A stretch of DNA of 64,000 nt from an uncultured Acidobacteriota bacterium (GTDB lineage Bacteria > Acidobacteriota > Polarisedimenticolia > J045), in NCBI GenBank assembly GCA_963702425.1, contig CAVPCQ010000040.1, forward strand, positions 32,001-96,000, written 5' to 3'. Under the pieces are notes generated by a model. The model was not told the origin of the DNA. It saw nothing but the letters and a program-made list of their open reading frames with translations, and did no database searches. Position 1 is the first letter of the stretch. The number at the start of each line of letters is the position of its first letter. Of this stretch, positions 20,917-30,303 are shown in pieces. The translations under genes and the position numbers were made by a program.

Positions 20917-21228
20917 TCGTCGCTGCGCTCCGAACTCGCGCTGACGCGCGACGGCCTATGGATCCTGGCGGGTCCGTGGAAAACGCATGACGTCGCGTTT
21001 CCCACCGCCCCTTGGACGGCGCGAACGGCCGCGCCGCCCACAGGCCCCACAGGCCCTGCTGCCACCCAGCCTTCAACCGATCGGGATCCCGCGTTAGAAT
21101 CTGCCGAGGCTTGACAGGAGGCGAAACTAGAACGAACCGACCGTCGCTTCGCTCCGACGCGTGATCACCATCAGCGGAATCAGTGATCACGATCCCGGAT
21201 CGGGTGATCACGATCGCCGGAACTGCCA

Positions 21229-21749
21229 TCCCGGCCGGCTCCCTGTTCCCCGCTCGCGGACGACGGGAGACCCGTCGCGGCGCTCACCGCCCCCTCCAGC
21301 GTCTCCAGGTACAGGCTCCCGCACGGCGCCGACAGCGCCTGCGAGGCCAGCGTGTACGACAGCACGCTCGAGGCCAGCGCCGTCGGCGTCAGCAGCACCG
21401 TCGTCAGGCCGTCGCCCGAGCGGAAGAACAGCCGCTGCGACTTTCCGGTGTCCTGCGCCAGGCTCCAGCGCACCACCAGGCTGGTCGCCGTCCAGTGGAT
21501 CGAGAGCGCGCGGACCGGGTTCGGGGAGGAGGTCGTCACGGAGGGATCGTAGACGATCGCGACCGGGGCCGAGAAGCCCGAGCCGGTCTGGCCGTCCTTC
21601 CGGATCCGGACCCAGTTCGTCTCCCCGGGCGAGAGCGCGCTCTCCGGCAGCGTGAACTTCCCCTGACCGTCGAGCGTCACCCCGGCGACGCGATGCCGGT
21701 AGCCGGAGGGCGCCGCGATGCCCGCCATGTACGTCCCCGCGAGCGCCAC
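21229..21749 (-). pseudogene. Orphan Rhs cassette 4, 5' part (more diverged allele)
   Basis: Homologous to the core insert (GKFTLPESALSPGETNWVRIRKDG...). Removing the IS restores EQGAGRDPCAGDPP in frame. Confidence 0.85.
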
Positions 21750-21816
21750 TCGTCACGACTGATCCAGGTAGGCGGATCGATCTGCGCGTAACGGCGATAC
21801 GCCGATACAGGCCGCT

Positions 21817-22314
21817 TCAACGGTACTTTCGTATTCTGTAATCATCTGCGCCTCGCGCGTTCTTCTCCCCCAGCAGCACGTCCTCGGCGAGCCCGATCGC
21901 GATTCTCGTGCGACCTTCCTTGTCGCGAAGAGCAATCCCGCTTCCCTTATCCGACGCCAGGAGGCTGCAGGACGCGCCCTTCTCTTGCGCCACATCCAGT
22001 CTCGCCCCTTTCCGATCTGCGGCGATATAGATCACTGGCGCCTTGGGACCGAGCTCGTTGACGACTATCATCGGGAATCCACCGTCGAAGCCGATCGAGA
22101 TTTCCCACCCGCCATCGGAAACACTGATGCTTTTCGCTGAGATGAAATCAGCCTTGATGAAAGACGCATCGATGCGCGTTCGTTGCTTGGACTCCTCGGC
22201 GGCGAGGGGCCGACCGACCAGTAGCAATGCTCCACATATCGACACGGCCACCCATATTCGCCACGCCTCGATAGTGAATACAATCGGTCCCGTGGTGGAT
22301 GCTCCTCTGCCCAT
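21817..22314 (-). CDS. Putative exported immunity protein for cassette 3
   Basis: ATG after GGAGG; signal-like WVAVSICGALLLVGRPLAA; lower GC; directly downstream of a toxin tip. Confidence 0.55.
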   Translation of the reverse strand: MGRGASTTGPIVFTIEAWRIWVAVSICGALLLVGRPLAAEESKQRTRIDASFIKADFISAKSISVSDGGWEISIGFDGGFPMIVVNELGPKAPVIYIAADRKGARLDVAQEKGASCSLLASDKGSGIALRDKEGRTRIAIGLAEDVLLGEKNARGADDYRIRKYR

Positions 22315-22450
22315 GTCGCCACCTCCTGCAACTGTCCCGCAACTCAAGTGTCACTCGCCATCCGCACGTGTCGCGCATCGGGACGGCCCGGTTGCTGTAC
22401 GGATGCGGTGAAGGGTCCGCGCCTGTTGATCAGCTGCCCATTCCTGCGCC

Positions 22451-24391
22451 TTACCACTTCTTCGATGGCGGCTGGAATACTCCGTGAAACTCGACACGAT
22501 CCTCGTACGCCCTGCCACTCCCAGGCCCTGATGCACCCAGACGAACCCCGGGCTGGTTTTTTGCTCTATTGTACAGATCGTCGATTGCAGCGAGATAATC
22601 TGCCATCAAGGAGAAACTATAGGAGAAGACAAAGATCGGTGAAAGTACAACGTAGTTCCAGGCGAGAGCGAAGGACTTGAGAGACTGGAAGGCAGGGTCG
22701 GGCCTCCATGAGTTCGTTGGTTCATACGCCGGCTTCAGGAGGGTGCGCAGGAAACTCTCAATCGTGGTGGTGCAGTTACGCGTAGTGAGGCAGTAGTCCT
22801 GACCTTCCTTGCGCCCAGCCTCGATGAGAGCAACCATTTGCAGGTCCATTCCGACAGTGGTCAAGATCCACACAAAATCTGTCTCGCGCTCGGCATAATC
22901 CCTTGGAGAGGTCTGCATGCTTGGGACGCAGCTATTGGCACTGAGAAGTGCCTCGCCGCCGCTCCTAGGGCGAAGCTCCAGCTTGCCAAGGTCTTTCCGC
23001 TGTTGTTGACGACCTCCATGTAGAGGTGTGGCCCGCGTCCCTGCGAGATGAGAGCCGATTCGACGTATGTTATTCGGTAATGTCGTCCGTCAGGATCCCA
23101 GAATGCTATCGGGTTGTTCCTGGAATACCCGAATCGTGAGCCGATTGCCTGAGTATCGGCAGTCGCGATCGCTCCGGAATCGACCGCGACGAACCCACCA
23201 AGTGCAGCCGCGTAGTACCTCGCCATCATGTAATCCAGCCCCGTCGCCAAGTCCCGCTCGTGCCCCGTGAACTGCCGCGTGCTCCCCCCGACGGACGGCG
23301 TCGCGCTCTGCGGCATCCGCGCCCCGTACGGGTAGTCGTCGTATCCCACGACCACGTACCCCGCTTCATCCGTCACGTTGCGCAGCGTCCCGAGGTGGTC
23401 GCGGTGGTGGTACCAGTTGACGAAGGCCGGCCCGCTCGGCGGGTCCGGCGGGTCCGGCCCTCCACCGGGGCAGGGGTTCATGCCGATCCCCTGCTCGCCC
23501 GCCTCCGCGGAGGGCAGACCGGCCATCGGGCTCGCCGCCGCATCGACGGTCTCCAGGTAGAGCGCGCCACACGGCGCCGACAGCGCCTGCGACGCCAGGG
23601 TGTACGACAGCACGCTCGACGGCAGCGCCGTCGGGGTCAGCAGCACCGTCGTCAGCCCGTCGCTGGATCGGAAGAACAGGCGCTGGGCTTTCCCCGTGTC
23701 CTGCACCAAGCCCCAGCGCACCACCAGGTTGTTCGACGCCCAGTGGATCGCGAGCGCTCGGACCGGGTTGGGAGAGGTCGCCGTCACGGCTGGATCGTAC
23801 GCCAGGGAGACCGGCGCCGAATAGCCCGACCCGACCTGGCCGTCCTTCCGGATCCGGACCGCGTTCGACTCCAGGGGCGAGAGCGCGCTCTCCGGCAGCG
23901 TGAACCGCCCCTGGGCGTCGAGCGTCACCCCCGTGACCCGATTCCGGTAGCCGGAGGGCGCCGCGATGTCCACCGTGTACGATCCGGCACCCGCTCCCGA
24001 GGTCACCAGGAAGCGCTCGTTCGTGCCGCTGGTCAGCGGGCTGTTCGCCGCCATCTCGGGCGGGGCCACGCCGACCTTGCGCTCCAGCAGCAGTTTCCCC
24101 AGTCCGTACACGAAGTCCGCCTTCAGCACCGGGCCCCCGCTGGTCGGGGTTTCCACGAACTCCGACAGCGCTTGACCGCCCTCGTCGCGCAGCGTCAGGA
24201 CGACCTTCCCATCGCGGCCCATCCGGAACCAGCGCTGCCCGGCGGCGTCGTAGCGGTACCATTCGCCGGGCACCCCGGCGCTCGTCCAGGGGTCGCCTTC
24301 CACGAAGGCCTGCATCCGGTTGTTGGCGTCCCAGCGGGCCCCCACGGCTTGCTGCTGCTGGCCCAGGAAGCGCACCAGGTTGCCGTTGGGG
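22451..24391 (-). pseudogene. Orphan Rhs cassette 3 with permuted papain-like (H...YxLxxxNC) tip, frameshift near 22930
   Basis: Near-identical core copy, NPIAFWDPDGR boundary, then GPHLYMEV and (next frame) DYCLTTRNCTT. Confidence 0.75.
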
Positions 24392-24400
24392 CGCGACGGC

Positions 24401-24763
24401 TCACCGCCGCCGCCCCCGCCAATACAACGGTCCGAGCCAAAGGAGCGCATTCGCAACGAACGGTGCACCGATGAAGCCCAACCAGCACACGATCCTGAAT
24501 GGGAGGAGCGACCCAAAGAGCGTGAGCGTCGGAACGGAACATACGAGTGAGCCGGGTATTCCGCTGAGGAGGATGTGCACGTCGTAGTGGCCATCGCCGG
24601 CGCCAAACCCCCACCCGTTTGCCGCAAAGAAGCACGTCCCAAGAGCCATCTGAAAGAGTGGAATGGCTATGCGTCGAACTGCCTGACCTCTCGAGACGGC
24701 GGCGGCGTCCGCACGCCCTTGCGACCGTCGGTCGTGAGCGTCTTCACCGAGGTTCTGCAACAC
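24401..24763 (-). CDS. Putative membrane immunity protein for cassette 2
   Basis: Hydrophobic; ANGW...YDV...GIPGSLV is shared with 29776-30198. Confidence 0.65.
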   Translation of the reverse strand: MLQNLGEDAHDRRSQGRADAAAVSRGQAVRRIAIPLFQMALGTCFFAANGWGFGAGDGHYDVHILLSGIPGSLVCSVPTLTLFGSLLPFRIVCWLGFIGAPFVANALLWLGPLYWRGRRR

Positions 24764-24785
24764 CGAGTATTCTCCCGTACGTGAG

Positions 24786-26697
24786 CTACTTCGTGGGGGG
24801 TGACCCGGTCGCACTGCTCGGCGTCTGCGCGTTCTTCGCCTGAATCACAGTGCGGATGCGTCTGATCTTTCCTTCGATCGCCCGTAACAGCGCCGCCTTC
24901 ATCGCTGGATCGGAGCAACTAGCCCAAGTTCGCACTTGGCGCTCGATCTGCTTGAAGTCCACCGGCGCCGCTACTCCACGCCCTGTCTCTCGGTTGAAAC
25001 CGACAATCGCATCGAAGGTGGCGCGCGCCGCCTCCACAAGCCGGTCTGGATTTCGGCTCGTGCGGTCCGGGCTCATGTTCAGCAGGTTCATGAGCGAGTG
25101 CCCAATGCCGACTGAGTAGCCTGCATGGGAGTAGGTATCCTGTGTGACGTGCAGCGCCGTTCCAAGTTCCCACGGGTCATGATGGCCGAGAGCCGCTGTC
25201 ATCAACTCGCCCTGTCTGCTTCCGGTGTTTCCGAATGCGTGCCAGTCCCGTTGGTTCTCCATGGACTCGGAGGCACTGGTATCCAGATCGACGCGCTCGT
25301 CCGCAGCGGCGATCGTAGCAGCGTCGCTCGCCGACGATCCTGCCGCAAGGGCGAGAATCGCGGTCAGGTCGTGATGAACATCTTGGCCATACCGTCCGTC
25401 GGGATCGTAGAAGCGAATCGGATTATCGAAGACGAAGCTGTACCGATTCAACGAAGCGGGGCGCTGTGGATCGCCCATCACGCTGTCGGCACTCAGGAAC
25501 CCCCCCATCCCCGCCCCGTAGTACCGCGCCATCATGTAAGCCAGCCCCGTCGCCAGATCCCGCTCGTGCCCCGTGAACTGCCGCGTGCTCCCCCCGACCG
25601 ACGGCGCCGCGTTCTGCGGCATCCGCGCCCCGTAGGGGTAGTCGTCGTATCCCACGACCACGTACCCCGCTTCGTCCGTCACGTTGCGCAGCGTCCCGAG
25701 GTGGTCGCGGTGGTGGTACCAGTTGACGAAAGCCGGCCCTGCCGGCGGGTCCGGCGGGTCTGGCGCTCCACCGGGGCAGGGATTCATGCCGATCCCCTGC
25801 TCGCCCGCCTCCGCGGAGGGCAGACCGGCCATCGGGCTCGCCGCCGCATCGACGGTCTCCAGGTAGAGCGCGCCACACGGCGCCGACAGTGCCTGCGATG
25901 CCAGCGTGTACGACAGCACGCTCGACGGCAGCGCCGTCGGGGTCAGCAGCACGGTAGTCTGCCCGTCGCTTGATTGGAAGTAGAGGCGCTGGGCTTTCCC
26001 CGTGTCCTGCACCAGGCTCCAGCGCACCACCAAGTTGTTGGACGCCCAGTGGATCGAGAGCGCTCGAACCGGGTTGGGAGAGGTCGCCGTCACGGTCGGA
26101 TCGTACGCCAGGGAGACCGGCGCCGAATAGCCCGATCCGACCTGGCCGTCTTTCCGGATCCGGACCGCGTTCGACTCCTGGGGCGAGAGCGCGCTCTCCG
26201 GCAGCGTGAACCGCCCCTGGGCATCGAGCGTCACCCCCGCGACGCGATTCCGGTAGCCGGAGGGCGCCGCGATGTCCACCGTGTACGATCCGGCGCCCGC
26301 TCCCGAGGTCACCAGGAAGCGCTCGTTCGTGCCGCTGGTCAGCGGGCTATTCGCCGCCATCTCGGGCGGGGCCACGCCGACCTTGCGCTCCACCAGCAGT
26401 TTCCCCAGTCCGTACACGAAGTCCGCCTTCAGCACCGGGCCCCCGCTAGTCGGGGTCTCCACGAACTCCGACAGCGCTTGACCGCCCTCGTCGCGCAGCG
26501 TCAGGACGACCTTCCCATCGCGGCCCATCCGGAACCAGCGCTGCCCGGCGGCGTCGTAGGGAAACGCGGCGTCGGTCATCCGGTTGTCGTTGTTCTCCAG
26601 CACCTGCGGGAACGTGTGCGCGAAATCGTGTCCCGGCGGCTCGGGAACCTGCGTCGTGGACACGCGAGTCTGCGACAGCATGTTCCCGGCCAGGTCG
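24786..26697 (-). pseudogene. Orphan Rhs cassette 2 with Het-C/Zn-PLC-like tip; 144-bp in-frame core deletion
   Basis: Core copy with NPIRFYDPDGR; tip HHDLT...VD...WHAF...LGTALHVTQDTYSH is paralogous to the main tip. Confidence 0.8.
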
Positions 26698-26780
26698 CAC
26701 AGCCCAGCAAGACCGGCGCCGAACAGCCCGAGCCTGGCTTTCCCTCCTTCGGAATCCGGTACAAGTACCCGCTACTGCAA

Positions 26781-27380
26781 CTACTCACTCCGGAATCCCT
26801 CCAAGCATCTCTCCTCGAGGCGTAGCTCTCCCGCTACGAGCGGCGAGATCAACTCCAGCGCGATCTCGTAGAGCACGTTCGTGTCTTCCCCGACCGCCCG
26901 ATAACGCGGCCAGTAGGTCCCGGAGCCTACGAACCGGCATACCGAGCCATCATCCCCCACGACGAATAGCAGCGCGGGCCCTCCTCCACGCCAGACCGCG
27001 ACGCGCAGGCCGTCAGGGCACGGCTCGGCGCTCTGTGTCTCCTCGAACTTCAGCTTGCCAAGCGCCTCCCTCAGACGCTTGGACATCGACCAGCCTCGGA
27101 GCTGACCACGGACTTGCCACAGCCGCGGCTCATTCATGCTCTGACCTTCCGGGCCTGGAATCAAGCTCTGCGAACCCACGCCCCGCCACCTGCCCAACTC
27201 CAGCGTGAGTTCTTCATCCGTCGCGAGCACGGCGTCGATCGCAGCGAGTAGCGAAGAGCGGGCATCCTCTCTATCTTCTCCCGACGGCGAACTCTGCCCG
27301 ACTGCCATGATCATGAAGACGATTACCACGGCAAGCCGACTCGAACGTCGACTTTGCGCCCAGGATGACCCACTCTTCAT
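26781..27380 (-). CDS. Putative exported accessory or orphan immunity protein
   Basis: ATG after GGAGG; N-terminal RRSSRLAVVIVFMIMAVG signal; lies between cassettes. Confidence 0.55.
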   Translation of the reverse strand: MKSGSSWAQSRRSSRLAVVIVFMIMAVGQSSPSGEDREDARSSLLAAIDAVLATDEELTLELGRWRGVGSQSLIPGPEGQSMNEPRLWQVRGQLRGWSMSKRLREALGKLKFEETQSAEPCPDGLRVAVWRGGGPALLFVVGDDGSVCRFVGSGTYWPRYRAVGEDTNVLYEIALELISPLVAGELRLEERCLEGFRSE

Positions 27381-27402
27381 CAATACCTCCGGGTCGGCAC
27401 CG

Positions 27403-28092
27403 TCACTTGCCCGGCCGAGGCACATATCCGTACCCGTAGACAAGTTCAACGCACTCTCGCTGCAACTTCGACCCGCCCGGCACCGCGCTCCGAAAAGCCG
27501 CGAGAGCCGCCTCGAGAATCACATTCGCCGTCCCACCCCGAACTCCCAGGCACTGGTCCCTCCAGAGAATGCCATTCCATCCCTTGCCGACATAGAACAC
27601 CAGCAGTTGACAATCCTCGTCCCAGATCGTGACCCGAAGCCTGGCACCACAAGTATCGTGGTTCTCATACCGGTAGACTGTCATGGCGTGGATGAAGGAA
27701 CGAGCTGCATCGCCTTCCAGTACATATCGAATACCCCCGCTACTCGGGTCCCACCAGAGTTTCTCATTCAGAGCTTCGACTCCCATCGACACCGTCGAAT
27801 CCGGACGCACATCGTATCCCTCGATGTCGACTCTCGGACTATCAGATCGCAGTGCGTCCTTGAGTCGCTTTTCGAAGTCGGTTGTCAATGTCGGATCATG
27901 GCGATCCGGCCTTTCCTGCGGAGCGCCTGGGACGGGTGGCGGCGTCGGATTCGACATGTCGCAGGCGAGCGCCCCCAAGACGAGAGCCGCGATCCCGAGC
28001 CCACAGTGAAGCGCGCGCGGCCGGTGGGCTTGCTCCGGGCGTCGCTGCAGATAGCCGTGAGCTGTCGAATCACCGGGTACGGCTTGATGCAT
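27403..28092 (-). CDS. Putative lipoprotein immunity protein for cassette 1
   Basis: LGIAALVLGALAC lipobox-like segment then a Pro-rich linker; directly downstream of the tip; start uncertain. Confidence 0.55.
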   Translation of the reverse strand: MHQAVPGDSTAHGYLQRRPEQAHRPRALHCGLGIAALVLGALACDMSNPTPPPVPGAPQERPDRHDPTLTTDFEKRLKDALRSDSPRVDIEGYDVRPDSTVSMGVEALNEKLWWDPSSGGIRYVLEGDAARSFIHAMTVYRYENHDTCGARLRVTIWDEDCQLLVFYVGKGWNGILWRDQCLGVRGGTANVILEAALAAFRSAVPGGSKLQRECVELVYGYGYVPRPGK

Positions 28093-28178
28093 CTCTTGCT
28101 GCGAAGAGTGGCGATCGCAGGCGGTCTGCTTCACGCTGCTCCGATGGGATAGCGCAGGAGTTTGCCCATACAAGCTCA

Positions 28179-29792
28179 TCAGTGGCAACTTCCGAGGGGT
28201 AGGGACAGGCAGAGATTCCAGTCGCTGCCCCACCAGTTGGTGCTGCCACTCGTGTCATTGACGCTTACCTTGTGCCGCGGCACCACGAGCACTGGCGGCT
28301 GCGGCGCGGCTCCGTTGACTTGGAACTGGTACTGGTAGCCTAGCAACGTCGGCTCGCCCGAGTAGAGCAGGCGGATGGGCTCGCCGAGGCTCGCCGCGAC
28401 GTTGTTCTCGTAATCAAGAGCTAGCTTCTCAAGAGCATTGGCGCTCGCCCATCCGTTGTTGTCCCGCGTGTCCCATATGTCCCGCACGAAGACGTCGCGA
28501 AGAAGCGAATAGGAAGCCGCGCCCAGTGCGGCGAAGTCGAAGGCGTGGCTTGCCTCGTGAACGAGCGAGACTGCTGGCGACCTCAGGTAGTCACCGTCTT
28601 TCCCGGGGCGGGCGTTGGCGGCGGTCAACGTGAGCCATGACCGTGGGTTCCAGAAGATCGTTGGGCCGCCTGGGTGCCCGGATTGGAACCGGTTGTCCTT
28701 GTCCGTAAGCTCGAGGCGCGTCTTGTTGTCCGCCTCGGCCCTCTTCAGGAATGCGCGGCCCTCTGCAGTCTTCGCGAGTATGGGTTGGACATGCTGATTC
28801 CAGACGTCCTTTGTAGCCGCGCTCATCGCGAAGTCCCCCGTCGGATCTGCGAACTTGGACGGATTGCCGAGAACGTAAGCGTAGCGATTGGCGGTCTGAG
28901 GGACCCCGGTGCGCGCACTCGCCGCGAGTCCGTCCGCGCTCAGGAATAGCCCGGCGCCCGCCCCGTAGTACCGCGCCCCCATGTAATCCAGCCCCGTCGC
29001 CAGGTCCCGCTCGTGCCCCGTGTACTGCCGGGTGCTCCCCCCGACCGACGGCGTCGCGCTCTGCGGCATCCGCGCCCCGTACGGATAGTCGTCGTATCCC
29101 ACGACCACGTACCCCGCCTCGTCCGTCACGTTCCGCAGCGTCCCGAGGTGATCGCGGTGGTGGTACCAGTTGACGAAGGCCGGCCCGCTCGGCGGGTCTG
29201 GCGCTCCACCGGGGCAGGGATTCATGCCGATCCCCTGCTCGCCCGCGGCCGCGGAGGGCAGACCGGCCATCGGGCTCGCCGCCGCCTCGAGGGTCTCCAG
29301 GTAGAGCGCGCCGCACGGCGCCGACAGCGCTTGCGACGCCAGGGTGTACGACAGCACGCTCGACGGCAGCGCCGTCGGGGTCAGCAGCACCGTCGTCAGC
29401 CCGTCGCTGGATCGGAAGAACAGGCGCTGGGCTTTCCCCGTGTCCTGCGCCAGGCTCCAGCGCACCACCAGGTTGTTCGACGCCCAGTGGATCGAGAGCG
29501 CTCGGACCGGGTTGGGAGAAGTCGCCGTCACGGTCGGATCGTACGCCAAGGAGACCGGCGCCGAATAGCCCGATCCGACTTGGCCGTCCTTCCGGATCCG
29601 GACCGCGTTCGACTCCAGGGGCGAGAGCGCGCTCTCCGGCAGCGTGAACCTGCCCTGGGCGTCGAGCGTCACGCCGGGGATCCGGTTGCGACAACCGGAG
29701 CTTGCTGCCACGTCCACCGTGTACGCCCCCGCGCCGGCGCCGCTGGTCACCACGAACCGATACTTCGTCGCGCGCTCACCGAGCATGCCCAT
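28179..29792 (-). pseudogene. Orphan Rhs cassette 1 with HExxH zinc metallopeptidase (M91/NleD-like) tip
   Basis: Core copy, NPSKFADPTGD boundary, SPAVSLVHEASHAFD...E..A...ENN...LGEPIRLLY. Confidence 0.8.
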
Positions 29793-30198
29793 CGTGCTCG
29801 CTTCTCTTTCGCTTCTTCGGCATCAACTCGAGACGCTCTACGATGTCACCGTCGTCCATCGGCCGGCACCTCCTTCGGTCACGCCAACCCCAGAACCGCA
29901 GCCAGATCGCGCAGTTGATCAGGAGGGGAAGAAGCACGACGATGCCAAGAGGGCTGAGGATTAGCGGTAAGCCGGCGAACGGAGCGACGAAGAGAACCAG
30001 AGAACCCGGGAGCCCGACTACGTGCAACAACACATCGTATGGACGTTCTCCGTCGAAGAGGTCCCATCCGTTTGCACGCAACAACGCCGCGGAGACGAAC
30101 GCCTGGACGAATGGCACCGCACAGCGCAGCGCCCGCTGCGTAAGCGCTCGCCAGACTCCGCCAGTCGTCCCTATTCGTTCAGTCTCCATGTGTTCCAT
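29776..30198 (-). CDS. Putative membrane immunity protein for the main Rhs toxin
   Basis: About 3 TM segments; ANGW...YDV...GLPGSLV motif; immediately downstream of the main tip. Confidence 0.65.
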   Translation of the reverse strand: MEHMETERIGTTGGVWRALTQRALRCAVPFVQAFVSAALLRANGWDLFDGERPYDVLLHVVGLPGSLVLFVAPFAGLPLILSPLGIVVLLPLLINCAIWLRFWGWRDRRRCRPMDDGDIVERLELMPKKRKRSEHDGHAR

Positions 30199-30303
30199 CA
30201 CTGCAATTGTAGCCCGCGAACCCGCTACTGCACTCAGGCCCGGAGAAAGAGAGCAGTGACGAGCGCGAGGCGATCTGCCACTCCTTCGTCAGCGTGGCGA
30301 CAC

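Larger units (their letters stand above)
18393..21228 (+). mobile_element. IS21-family insertion sequence
   Basis: TG...CA ends (tggcggttccgg / ccggaactgcca), 6-bp target duplication TCCCGG (18387-18392, 21229-21234), subterminal ttccgg..atcgtgatc repeats (7 left, 3 right), istA and istB. Confidence 0.95.
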
